DNA of 63,006 nt, filler included, from a bacterium (GTDB lineage Bacteria; JBDRGX01): the NCBI GenBank assembly GCA_043817485.1. It is 8 parts of 8 records of this genome, joined end to end, with 100 filler letters (N's around TTAATTAATTAA, not from the genome) between each part and the next. Parts side by side here need not be neighbours in the genome. Positions count along the whole stretch, not along the records: positions 21,652 to 29,661 come from JBDRGX010000089.1; positions 29,762 to 32,534 come from JBDRGX010000090.1; positions 32,635 to 38,001 come from JBDRGX010000091.1; 5 more parts are not named here. One strand, 5' to 3'. Below, in pieces: positions 22,242 to 32,636 of the stretch. The notes beneath the pieces were generated by a model that worked only from the letters and a program-made list of their open reading frames with translations, did no database searches and was not told where the DNA came from. The first letter of the stretch is position 1. The number at the start of each line of letters is the position of its first letter. The translations under genes and the position numbers were made by a program.

Positions 22242-23120
22242 TTAGATTAAGGTTTTTTTATATGCTTTAATATGTTTTTGCATTTTTGATGTACCACGAT
22301 ATTCGCCATAATGTGTAATTGTTCTTTTGAAAAGTTCATCAAATAACATAATTTTTTCATTGTTTATTGGTTGAGTTATATTTTTTTCTTTTAACATTTG
22401 TTTAATTTCATGAAAAATCCATGGATTACCAATTGCTCCTCTCGCAATCATTATTCCATCACATTCTGTTATCTGAAACATTTTTACTGCATCATAAGCA
22501 TTAAAAATACTGCCATTACCAATAACAGGTATTTTAACTATTTTTTTTATTTCTTTAATTATATCCCAATCTGCAACACCTTCATATTTTTGTTCACCTG
22601 TTCTTCCATGAATTGTAATTGCATCAACACCTGCATCTTCCAATTCTTTTGCAAAATCAACTGCATTTATATTTTTTGCATCAAATCCTTTTCGTATTTT
22701 GGCTGTTATGGGCTTATTTGTAACTTTTTTTGCTTCTTTTATAATAGATGCTGCTAATTTAGGGTTTTTCATAAGTGCTACACCTTCCCCTCTTCTAACA
22801 ACCTTTTTAGTAGGACAACCCATATTTATATCTATCAAGCAAATGTCATCATTTTCATTTAATTTTTCACATGCTTTTGCTATTATTTCAGGTTCATTTC
22901 CATACAACTGAATAGCAACAGGTTTTTCTTCAGGAAGTATTTGTATCATACGATTAGTTCTTTTGTCTTTATGAAAAATACCCCTTGCAGTAATCATTTC
23001 AGTATAAGTAAGATCACAACCGGCTTTTTTACAAATAATTCTAAAAGTTATATCTGTTACACCAGCCATTGGTGCTAAAAAAATATTATTCTCTAATTTA
23101 AGATTGCCAATTTGTATCAT
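22242..23120 (-). CDS. dusB: tRNA-dihydrouridine synthase (DusB family)
   Basis: FLAPMAGVTD, TEMI, DINMGCP, TIHGRT, IGNGSI, MIARGAIGNPWIF. Confidence 0.92.
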   Translation of the reverse strand: MIQIGNLKLENNIFLAPMAGVTDITFRIICKKAGCDLTYTEMITARGIFHKDKRTNRMIQILPEEKPVAIQLYGNEPEIIAKACEKLNENDDICLIDINMGCPTKKVVRRGEGVALMKNPKLAASIIKEAKKVTNKPITAKIRKGFDAKNINAVDFAKELEDAGVDAITIHGRTGEQKYEGVADWDIIKEIKKIVKIPVIGNGSIFNAYDAVKMFQITECDGIMIARGAIGNPWIFHEIKQMLKEKNITQPINNEKIMLFDELFKRTITHYGEYRGTSKMQKHIKAYKKTLI

Positions 23121-23182
23121 TTTTTTTAATTCCAAAAACACAATTCTTAATTTTGTTTTGTGTTATTTATATATAATATACT

Positions 23183-23356
23183 TTCTACAACAATGTCACC
23201 CCTTCGGGGTTTAACGGTAATTATTTAATAATTGCTATAATAATATCAGCCCTTCAGGCTTTAATATATATAACGACTTAACTTTATCCATAAATACATC
23301 TACTTGCATATTTTTTTTTGAATTGTTCGTTAACTATTTTTTGCCGTTATATATAA
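23183..23356. repeat. ~175-bp dispersed repeat, copy 2 (includes MITE 23265-23355)
   Basis: Direct near-identity with 19051-19226; TIRs at 23265-23275 and 23345-23355. Confidence 0.95.
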
Positions 23357-23391
23357 TTATATCTCTTTCTAAATTTTTGAATGAAAAATTA

Positions 23392-24180
23392 TTATTTTTT
23401 TATAATTGCTATAATATCTAAACACTTATCTAAATTTTCTTTTTTAATTATAAAATTTGATGATTTAATTTTAGACATTTTTTTTTCTGTCCAAAATTTA
23501 ATTAATTTTAATATTTTTTGTTTTATGCTTGAAGAAATTATTTTTCGTAATTTTAGTTTATCTTTACAAAACAATGAACTTCCTTCTTTATTTTGAAAAT
23601 ATTCATCAATAAAAACATTTTTTCCAAATAATCCATACAATTCTACATTAGAAAAATATTTTAAAAAAATTTTTTGTAATTCTTCGGGATAAAATTCTTT
23701 TATATGGAATGGATTTCCAACATCTTCTTGCAAAGAAAATGTATATTTATTAGGTGTAGAAATAATAATAGTTTTATTTTGTTTTATTACTCTTTTCATT
23801 TCGTTTAAATATAAATTTAATTCTTTTATATGTTCAATTACTTGAAAAGAACAAATTAAATCAAAACTATCATTTGAAAATTTTAAATTTTGTGAATCCA
23901 TTATTTCAAAACAAAGATTTTTATGTTGATATTTTTGTTTTGACTTATAAATAGCCTCTTCAGAAATATCTATGCCAATAATTTTAGAAACAAAAGGAGA
24001 TAATGAAAAAGTACCATAGCCAATTCCACACCCATTATCTAAAACTGTATCTTGTGAATTAATAAATTTTTTAGTAAATTCATAAACTGCAACATGTCTT
24101 TCAAAAAAACTTCTATATTCTATATCTAAATTTATTACATCTGGATTCATTCTTTCTGCATATAAATTTTCATTTTCCAT
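23392..24180 (-). CDS. Class I SAM-dependent methyltransferase
   Basis: VLDNGCGIGYG, GIDIS, FDLICSFQVIEH, ISTPN, NPFHIKEF. Confidence 0.9.
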   Translation of the reverse strand: MENENLYAERMNPDVINLDIEYRSFFERHVAVYEFTKKFINSQDTVLDNGCGIGYGTFSLSPFVSKIIGIDISEEAIYKSKQKYQHKNLCFEIMDSQNLKFSNDSFDLICSFQVIEHIKELNLYLNEMKRVIKQNKTIIISTPNKYTFSLQEDVGNPFHIKEFYPEELQKIFLKYFSNVELYGLFGKNVFIDEYFQNKEGSSLFCKDKLKLRKIISSSIKQKILKLIKFWTEKKMSKIKSSNFIIKKENLDKCLDIIAIIKK

Positions 24181-24182
24181 TT

Positions 24183-24653
24183 TTATGTCCTTTTTTTAAT
24201 AAATATAAAAAATTCTATAATAACTGTTACTCCAATCAAATAAGGTAAAGCTAAAATACAATCTTCTGGCCAAAAAATAGGTATTTTAGGTGTCCAAAAC
24301 AAAAAAAAACAAGAATATTTATCACCTTCAAAAAGTATTTGAAACGAATCTAAAAAAAAATGACAAAAAACACCTATAATTAAACTTGTAAAAACTTTTT
24401 TAAAAAGATTTTTATCAAAAAATTGAGCAATTAAATAGCATACTATTAAAAGAGTAAAAGGTGTATGTAAGGGCATAAAAAAATATCTAAAATCTGGAAA
24501 TAATTCTTGAAAAGTTCTTGAAAAAATATCTGGTAAAATTACACCTAAATAAACTAAACAAAGGTTTTGCAACCAAAGGTTTCTCAACCAAATATTTTTC
24601 AACCATCTTCTAATTACAAAAATACTTATAAAATGGGTGATTAAATCCGGCAT
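24183..24653 (-). CDS. Membrane-bound metal-dependent hydrolase-like protein (YdjM/DUF457-like)
   Basis: ITH, ILPDI, LHTP and CHFFLD motifs within TM segments. Confidence 0.65.
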   Translation of the reverse strand: MPDLITHFISIFVIRRWLKNIWLRNLWLQNLCLVYLGVILPDIFSRTFQELFPDFRYFFMPLHTPFTLLIVCYLIAQFFDKNLFKKVFTSLIIGVFCHFFLDSFQILFEGDKYSCFFLFWTPKIPIFWPEDCILALPYLIGVTVIIEFFIFIKKRT

Positions 24654-25095
24654 TTTTTCTTTCCTTAAAAATTAATTTTTTGAAATCAAATTCATAACAA
24701 GAAAAAAATAAAAATAAAACTAAAATAACTGAAAAAATAGAAAAAATTTGTTTTGATTTTCTATTTTTATGAATATGAAATTTTTGTAATTTGATATATC
24801 CTTGTTTATAAAAAATCCCTTTTATACTGACAATTTCATCTTTTTTAAATCTTTTAACAATATTTTCATTTTTAATTTTTATCCATATTTTTTGTCTTCC
24901 TTTTTTAATTTCAAACCCATCTTTTTCTAAATTTACAATTTTCCAATTTCTACAAATTAATTCACAAGTATCATATTTTTCTGGATATTTTAAACATTTT
25001 TCTGGAGATAATTCTTTATTCCCTTGATTATAACTATACAAACAAATAAGAAAAATTATGATCAATAAAGCAATTATTTTACAACATCTTCTCAT
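24610..25095 (-). CDS. Hypothetical membrane protein with probable OB-fold domain
   Basis: N- and C-terminal TM segments; DEIVSIKGIF beta pattern. Confidence 0.55.
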   Translation of the reverse strand: MRRCCKIIALLIIIFLICLYSYNQGNKELSPEKCLKYPEKYDTCELICRNWKIVNLEKDGFEIKKGRQKIWIKIKNENIVKRFKKDEIVSIKGIFYKQGYIKLQKFHIHKNRKSKQIFSIFSVILVLFLFFSCYEFDFKKLIFKERKNAGFNHPFYKYFCN

Positions 25096-25574
25096 TTTTT
25101 ATAGCCAATTTTTCTCAAAAATTCTTTTCTTTGTTTTATATCATTTTCTTGTTCTATTCCGCAAGATTTTTTTCCATCAATAACTCCTAAAATACCTCTT
25201 CCTTGTGTAGTTTCTGCAATAATTATTTCAATTGGATTTGCACTCGCACAATAAATAGAACAAACTTCACAAATATTTTTTATAGCATTTAAAACATTTA
25301 TAGGAAAAGCATTTTTCATTAAAATAATAAAACTATGTCCCGCACCTACATTTAAAGCATTTTCTGCTGCAAGATTTTTTAATTCTTCATCATTTCCTTC
25401 AAATCGTACAAGACAAGGACCAGAAGATTCACAAAAACCAATTCCAAATTTTATTTCTGAAACAGAAGAAATTAATGCTTCATAAATATCTTCTATAGTT
25501 TTAATAAAATGTGCTTGTCCAATTATAATATTTAAATCATCGGGCTTATTTATTTTAATCGTTTTTATTTCCAT
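25092..25574 (-). CDS. Adenosine-specific kinase family protein (DUF355)
   Basis: NIIIGQAHFIKT, FCESSGPCLVR, AFPINVLN, GRGILGVIDG, RKEFLRKIGYK. Confidence 0.9.
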   Translation of the reverse strand: MEIKTIKINKPDDLNIIIGQAHFIKTIEDIYEALISSVSEIKFGIGFCESSGPCLVRFEGNDEELKNLAAENALNVGAGHSFIILMKNAFPINVLNAIKNICEVCSIYCASANPIEIIIAETTQGRGILGVIDGKKSCGIEQENDIKQRKEFLRKIGYKK

Positions 25575-26910
25575 TATTTTCCTCTTTTTTTTCTTGATAT
25601 GCAATTTCTTTAAAATAAGTTTCTATTGGTTCTATAATAGGTATTTTTTTTTCTTCTGAAACTATTTTAAGCTCTTTAAATTTTTTAAATCCAGGCATAA
25701 CTCTTGCATTCCATGAACTTAATGCTTCATTATATGATTGATTAGCAGAACAAAGCCCTTTTTTAATGTTATTAAAATATTCTATAAATTTACAAAGTCT
25801 ATCAAAAAGTTCTTTTCCAGATTCCCAAATTTGTTGAGTATTTTGTGTAATTTCTTGTTGTTGCCAAGCATAAGCTATTGTTTTCAATAAAGTAATAATA
25901 GTTGTAGGAGTTGCAATAATAACATGGTTTCTAATTCCTTCTTCTATAAGATTTTCATTTTGTTCTAAAGCAGCACTAAAAAAACATTCCCCTGGTAAAA
26001 ACAAAACTACAAAATCTGGACTTAAATTAAATTGCTTCCAATAAGCTTTATTTCCAAGAGAACGAATATGTTTTTTTATGTTATCAGCATGGTTTTCAAG
26101 ATATTCTTTACGCAAAGATTCATCATTTGTTTCAAGAGCTTTGGTATATGATTCTAAAGAAATTTTTGCATCTATAACAATATTACGGCCTTCTGGTAAT
26201 TTTACAATAAGATCTGGTCTTTGTTGCTTTTCTTCATCTGTTTTCATAGAATACTGTTCAACAAAATCACAATATGAAGACATTCCAGAAATTTCAACTA
26301 CTCGTTTTAAAGTTATTTCTCCCCATTTCCCTATAGATTTTGGATTTCTAAGTGCTGTTGATAAAGTCGTTGTTTCTTTTTGAAGTTTTTCTTGAGTGAT
26401 TGAAAGATTTTCTAAATGTTTTTCTAATCCTCCATAAGCTTGTTGTCTCGCATTTTCCATTTTGTCTAATGATTCTTTTAAGGGCTTTATTAATAAATCT
26501 ATTGATTCTTGACGTTTATTAAGATCTCCTTTTGCTTCTGTAATAAAATTTTCTAATGTGTTTTTTGCAATCTCTAAAAAAATCTGATTATTATTTTTTA
26601 AAGATTCTGCAGAAAGAGCATTAAAAGTATCTTTAAGTTTTAAAGTAGCATCTTCAAAAAGTTTTTTTTGTTCTTCAAGATTTTTTTGAGAATTTTCTAA
26701 TCGTGTTTGAGAGGTTACTTTTTCTATTTTTTCATTATCTAAATTTAAACGAAGCTTTTCTATCTCTTCATCTTTTTTTTGAATTTCAGATTTAAGATTT
26801 GTAATCATATTTTCATTTATATATATTTTACTTCCTAATGATGCTTTACTATAAAAATAAATAATTATTGCACCTATGATAAAGCTAATAATAGCAAAAA
26901 ATATTTCCAT
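25555..26910 (-). CDS. rmuC: DNA recombination protein RmuC
   Basis: N-terminal TM and coiled coil; GKWGEITL, RPDLIVKLP, IDAK, PDFVVLFLPGE, ATPTT. Confidence 0.93.
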   Translation of the reverse strand: MEIFFAIISFIIGAIIIYFYSKASLGSKIYINENMITNLKSEIQKKDEEIEKLRLNLDNEKIEKVTSQTRLENSQKNLEEQKKLFEDATLKLKDTFNALSAESLKNNNQIFLEIAKNTLENFITEAKGDLNKRQESIDLLIKPLKESLDKMENARQQAYGGLEKHLENLSITQEKLQKETTTLSTALRNPKSIGKWGEITLKRVVEISGMSSYCDFVEQYSMKTDEEKQQRPDLIVKLPEGRNIVIDAKISLESYTKALETNDESLRKEYLENHADNIKKHIRSLGNKAYWKQFNLSPDFVVLFLPGECFFSAALEQNENLIEEGIRNHVIIATPTTIITLLKTIAYAWQQQEITQNTQQIWESGKELFDRLCKFIEYFNNIKKGLCSANQSYNEALSSWNARVMPGFKKFKELKIVSEEKKIPIIEPIETYFKEIAYQEKKEENNGNKND

Positions 26911-26922
26911 TATGTTTCCTTT

Positions 26923-27745
26923 TTATTTTTTTATAAAACTTTTCTTTTCCCACATAACTTCTAATACTTGTGAATGTAATTTTTTATTAGTAACTAAAAT
27001 ATTATCTTTATTTAAAGAAAATTTTTCTCCTTTAATATCTGTGGCAATTCCTTTTGCTTTTTCTACAATTATTTTTCCAGCTACCATATCCCAAGATTTT
27101 AAACCAATTTCCCAATAACCATCGGATCTACCACAAGCAACATAACATAAATCTAATGCTGCAGCTCCATCAATTCTTAATCCCAATGTAGAAAAAAGTA
27201 CTTTTTGAAAATGGTCTATATTGTTATCTTTCATTTTTTCCAAATGATAACAAAATCCAGTTGAAAATTTTGCTTTTGCAATATTATTTACAGAATTTAC
27301 TTTTATTTCTTTTCCATTTAAAAAAGCTGAACTATCAATAATACTTGCTTCAAATAATTCATTTTTCAAAGGATCAAAAATAACTCCTAAAATAACTTCT
27401 TCTTTATAAGTTAAACCAATTGAAGTACAGAAAAATGGATAATTATAAGCATAATTATTAGTTCCATCTAATGGATCAATAATCCAACAATAATCTGATT
27501 TAGATTTTTCTTTATATAATTCTTCTCCTACAATATTATGATCTGAAAAGTTTTGTTTAATGATTTGATAAATTTTTTTTTTCTGACAAAACATCAGCAA
27601 TTGTAACAATTTCTCTATTACTTTTCATTTTACGAGTTGTTTTGCCAAAATGCTCTATTAAAATCTTTCCCGCTTCTTTTGCTGCTTTTATGGCTACTTT
27701 TTTAAATTCATTGTGATATGCATTTATTAAATTTTTTGTAATCAT
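26923..27745 (-). CDS. suhB: Inositol monophosphatase family protein; frameshift in T10 run 27573-27582
   Basis: AAKEAG...VTIAD in ORF 27557..27745; GEE, WIIDPLDGTNNY and WDMVAG in ORF 26923..27609. Confidence 0.88.
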
Positions 27746-27747
27746 TT

Positions 27748-29445
27748 TTAATCCTCTTCTATCATTTTTTGAGCATGTAAAATAGCAGAAGATAAAATTT
27801 CTTTTCCAGATAATATCCTTGCTATTTCTTTTATTCTTTCTTCTTTGTTTAATTTAAAAGCAGAAATAAAGGTTTTATCATTTTTTATGTTTTTTTCAAT
27901 TTTATAATGATTCCCTTTTCTACAAGCAATTTGAGAAAGATGTGTAATACAAATTATTTGTTTTGTTTTTGCAATATCTTCTAATTTTTTTCCCAACATT
28001 GTTCCTATTTGGCCACTAATTCCAGTATCTATTTCATCAAATATTAAACTTGGAATTTTATCAGATTCTCCTAATATTTTTTTTATAGATAACATTATTC
28101 TTGAAATTTCACCACCAGAAGCAATTTTTGCTAATGGTTTTAATGATTCTCCTTTATTCGGAGAAATCATAAATTCTACAAAATCAAATCCAAATTCTGT
28201 TACTTGAATATTTTTCCCTTCTAATTTTAAAAAACTATTTTCTATTTCTTTTACTATAAAATTTACTTCAAATTTTATTTTTTTCATTCCTAAATCCACA
28301 AGTTCATTTTCCACTTTTTTTTGAAATTCTTTTGATATAGATTTTCTTTTTTCAGAAAGTTCTATTGTTTTAGAAATTAATTTTTGTTCAAGATTGAAAA
28401 TTTCTATTTTAATTTTTTCAATTTCTTCTTGTTCAGAAAAAATTTCTTCTAAACTTTTTTTTATTTCTAAATATTTTTCAGATATTTCTTCAATAGTTTT
28501 TCCATACTTTTTTTTTAATCTATTTATTTCCATAAATTTTTCTTCAACTATATTTAATCTATCTTCATCAAAAATCAATTTATTTTTATAAATTAAAATT
28601 TCATTACTAATATCTTTAATTTGATAACTTAAAGATTCAAAATTTTCAAAATGAGAAAATAAAGAATTGTCAATTTGTGTTATTTTTTTTAATAAAAAAG
28701 CAATTTTTTCTATATTTCCAATAACAGAATTTTCATTTTCATATAATTTAAAATAAGCTTCTTCTGCTAATGTATAAAGTATTTGGCTATTTTTTAAAAT
28801 ATTTTTTTCTTGCTCTAATTCAACATCTTCATTAATCTTTAAATTAGCATCTTTTATTTCATTTTGTTGAAATTCTAATAAATCTAATTTTTCTTTTTTT
28901 TGATTTTCTAAAAGAATGAATTTTTCTAATTTATTTTTCAAAATAATCCATTTACTAAATAAATCTTGAACAATATTTTTTAAACTAATTAAATTTCCAA
29001 ATCTATCTAATAAATCTAAATGAGTTTCTTTTTTTAAAAGAGATTGATGTTCATATTGTCCATGAAAATCTACTAATTTTTCTCCAATTTTTTGAAGTAA
29101 AGAAGGTAATGCAAAATTTCCATTTATATAAGTTTTTGTTCGTCCAGTATCAAAAAATTCTTTTTTAATAATCATTTCATCATCTACTATAATATCTTGT
29201 GATTCAAGTAAAGTTTTTATTTCTGGGATAGAAGATATGTTGAAAATTCCTTCTATAACTGTTTTAGAAGAGCCTTGACGAATAAAATTTTCTTTTGCTT
29301 TTTCTCCTAAAAGTAAATTGATAGCATTTATAATAATAGATTTTCCAGCACCTGTTTCTCCTGTAAGAATATTTAAACCATTGCAAAATTCTATTACTAA
29401 TTCTTCAATAAAAACAAAATCTTTTAATTTTAATTCTAAAAGCAA
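27748..29445 (-). CDS. recN: DNA repair protein RecN
   Basis: LTGETGAGKS, HGQYEHQ, ASGGEISR, IFDEIDTGISG, ITHLSQIA. Confidence 0.95.
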   Translation of the reverse strand: MLLELKLKDFVFIEELVIEFCNGLNILTGETGAGKSIIINAINLLLGEKAKENFIRQGSSKTVIEGIFNISSIPEIKTLLESQDIIVDDEMIIKKEFFDTGRTKTYINGNFALPSLLQKIGEKLVDFHGQYEHQSLLKKETHLDLLDRFGNLISLKNIVQDLFSKWIILKNKLEKFILLENQKKEKLDLLEFQQNEIKDANLKINEDVELEQEKNILKNSQILYTLAEEAYFKLYENENSVIGNIEKIAFLLKKITQIDNSLFSHFENFESLSYQIKDISNEILIYKNKLIFDEDRLNIVEEKFMEINRLKKKYGKTIEEISEKYLEIKKSLEEIFSEQEEIEKIKIEIFNLEQKLISKTIELSEKRKSISKEFQKKVENELVDLGMKKIKFEVNFIVKEIENSFLKLEGKNIQVTEFGFDFVEFMISPNKGESLKPLAKIASGGEISRIMLSIKKILGESDKIPSLIFDEIDTGISGQIGTMLGKKLEDIAKTKQIICITHLSQIACRKGNHYKIEKNIKNDKTFISAFKLNKEERIKEIARILSGKEILSSAILHAQKMIEED

Positions 29446-29495
29446 AGTAAATACCTCGTAATGAAAAAATTAAATTGTAAATTGTATTTGTAAAA

Positions 29496-29640
29496 GCGAA
29501 CGCCGTGTCCCTGTATGTAAGGGCAATTCATGAGACTGTGTCACAATTGGTAAAAAAATTACTTTTTGAAAATTTCATAAGCAAAATTTAAAATAAAACA
29601 TAAAATTATTCTATTGTCATTCCTGTGAATACAGGAATCT
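29496..29640. repeat. Truncated REP half followed by an IS/MITE-like end and an ATTCC..GGAAT hairpin
   Basis: GCGAACGCCGTG..GTAAGGGCAATTCATGA matches 32423-32463, then switches to GAGACTGTGTCACAA; ATTCCTGT-GAAT-ACAGGAAT at 29619-29638. Confidence 0.7.
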
Positions 29641-29761
29641 ACTCTTTCTCTATCAGAAAATNNNNNNNNNNNNNNNNNNNNNNNNNNNNNNNNNNNNNNN
29701 NNNNNTTAATTAATTAANNNNNNNNNNNNNNNNNNNNNNNNNNNNNNNNNNNNNNNNNNNN

Positions 29762-31808
29762 ACCAATCTGATAAAATATCATTTTCAGTAGGAAGTTTAA
29801 AAGTAATAGTTCCAGTCATAGGCCAATTTTCTCTAATAATATCATTTTCTTTTACTTTAACAAGAAAATTTATTTGGTCTCCTATCTTTATATTTAAAAA
29901 AGAAAATAAAATTTCTAATTCAATAATTTTATCTATTTGCATTAAATTTTCTATTTCTTTTTTAGTCCCATTTTCTAAATTTTCTATAATATATTTTGTT
30001 TTATTTTTCAATGATATAAGAATTTGATATATTTGATTTATTTCTATTATAATTTCTTTTTCTAAAGGAAAATTACCATCTAATCGAAAATACAAAGAAT
30101 TTACATTATATCCATAATAAATTTTTTTTATAATACTATAAGAACAATACATAGTCCCAGTAGATTCATTTACATAATATTTTCCAGCATTTAACCATTC
30201 GTAAAAATTTGTAATTTTTCCATCTAATCTTGGATTTATCATCATTAGAGGAGTTAAAATATTTTTTTTAAAAGTAGAAATAGGGTCTTTCAAATAATCT
30301 GGTATTGGGCTTTGTAAAATTTTATAAACATTAATAAGTTTTTGGCGAAATAAAAAATCAAAAACTTCATCACAATTAGAGGAAAAATCATCATCAAACC
30401 ACCAAAACCAATCACTTCCTTCTGCAATATAAATTTCTTCCCAAGCTTTTTCATTATTTATATCTATTTCAATTAAAGAATTTCGTGTTTTATCTAAATA
30501 ATCCCATGCTATATTTTTTTCTGTTTTTCCTATCCAAATTTTAAAACTATGATCTATCCAAGATCCTGAATATAATTTTTTAATTTTTTTTTCTGAAGGA
30601 TATTTTTTCAAATAATCATTTATAGTAGATAATTCTAATTCTGGATCTTTACAAATTGCCTCATATAAACCTTTTAAAAAATTTTCTCCACCATCTTGAT
30701 AATATTCCCATGGATTTTCTCCATCAAGAATAATACTTACAATTTTATTTTCTTTTGATTCCTTAATTTTTTTAAAATGAGAAATCATATCATTTATAGA
30801 ATGTTTTGCTAATTGAGAAGCATAATTAAAACTTATTAAATTAGATAATTCTTTATCTCTAAACAAAATATTTAATTCTGATTCATTTTCTCTTAAAAAA
30901 TATGGTTGATAAATAAGTTCTTTTTTATTTTTTTCTTCTTTTTCTGAATTCATTAAAATTTCTTCATCTGAAGCTATCCATTTAACTCCATTTTCAGCAT
31001 AAAAAGGAATTGTATTTTGACTTACAGATCCTTCTGATGGCCAAAATCCTTGTGGTTTTTTTTCAAAAATTTCTTCATAAAATTTTACTGATTTTTGTAT
31101 TTGAATTTGAGCATCTTTTTTAAAATCAAATTTTCCCTCTTGACAAAGTAATGGCAAAATAGGATGATAAAAAGGACTTGTAGATATTTCAATTCTATTT
31201 TCATTTTGAAATTTTTTATAAATAGGAATAATAGATGATACTATTTCTTTTTGTTTTTTCAATAATTCTTTTTTTTCTAATTCTGTGAAATCATTCCCTT
31301 TTTTCAAAAGTTCTTGAATAAATTTATCTTTATTTTTTAAAGTAAATCCACACCAACTAAGATTAAAAAGTACTTGTAAATCTCTAAAATCAGAAACAGT
31401 AAATTTTTTTACTATATTTTTTTCTTCAGAAAAAGCATCCTTTTTTTTAAACAAAAGTTCTTTATATCTTTTTATCGGAAAAATCATTGTTTCCCAATTA
31501 GACATAAAAAAATTATTTAAAATGAAAATTTTTTCTTCTTCTGCTAAATCTGATGCATCTCTTAAAGAAAGTTCTAAAAACTTATCTTTAATATTATTTT
31601 CTGCAATATCTTTTAATTGATAAAGAAGAGAAGGAGTAAAATTAAATACTGCTTTTGCTTCTGGCACTTCTTCTAAAACATTAATCATATCCCAATAACC
31701 TTTAGTACTATGAAGACGAACCCATGGAAGATAATAAAAATTTGTAAGATTATCTTTATAAAAGGGCTGATGAAAATGCCAAAGAAATGTAATAAATAAT
31801 TTTTTCAT
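29762..31808 (-). CDS. Glycoside hydrolase family 57 (amylopullulanase-like), last codons lost at contig end
   Basis: WHFHQP, PWVRLH, HPILPLL, WPSEGSVS, LDGENPWE, AEGSDWFWW. Confidence 0.93.
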
Positions 31809-31849
31809 TTCATACTTTCTATGTTAAAAATTAAAAATGTGATTGTCCG

Positions 31850-32534
31850 TAATTCGAACACAATGAATAGGAAACATACAATAATACCACTCCTCCGGAG
31901 TTAAGATTGCTTGTATTGTCTATTTTGCTACAATAATATCACCCCTTTAGGGTTAGAATTATCGGTAGAAATATTTGCATTTATTTCAAATTGAAATTTT
32001 TTTTGTATTTTGAATTTTTTTTGATATATCATGCCTACGGCATTTGTGTTTAAAATAATATTTATTTTTCTACCGATATAAAGTCCCTATGGGACATTTA
32101 TAGAAAAATAATTGTTTTATTATTGTTCACCAATATATTATCCCTAACAGATATTTTTATACTAAGTTGAATTTAAAATGATAACAAAATTAAATTAGAA
32201 ATTAAAAATAATTTACTAAAATCAATAATTTTTCATTTTACATTTTCAATTTGTATCTGTCCTTTACTATGGAATTTTTATACCATTGAGGTGGTGCTCT
32301 TTTTTCATGGTGTTCTTGGTGCTCTATTGCTATTGAATTGCCAAAAACTATAATTTTTCATTTCCCATTTTACATTTTCAATTTTAATACTTCCATCTTT
32401 ATTTATTGTTCCATTAGTAATGGCGAACGCCGTGCCAGTGTTGTTGTAAAGGGCAATTCATGAATTGCCCCTACAAATTTTCATATTTCTTTATTTTGAT
32501 ATTCGAATTTTGAATTTTCTTTATTATTACTATC
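31850..32534. repeat. Large intergenic repeat mosaic (at least four module types)
   Basis: ACTCC-TCC-GGAGT and ACCCCTTTAGGGT REPs, ATGCCTACGGCAT and GTCCCTATGGGAC, TATACCATTGAG, TTTTACATTTTCAAT heptamers, GGGCAATTCATGAATTGCCCCTAC (32451-32474). Confidence 0.85.
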
Positions 32535-32636
32535 NNNNNNNNNNNNNNNNNNNNNNNNNNNNNNNNNNNNNNNNNNNNTTAATTAATTAANNNNNNNNNN
32601 NNNNNNNNNNNNNNNNNNNNNNNNNNNNNNNNNNTA

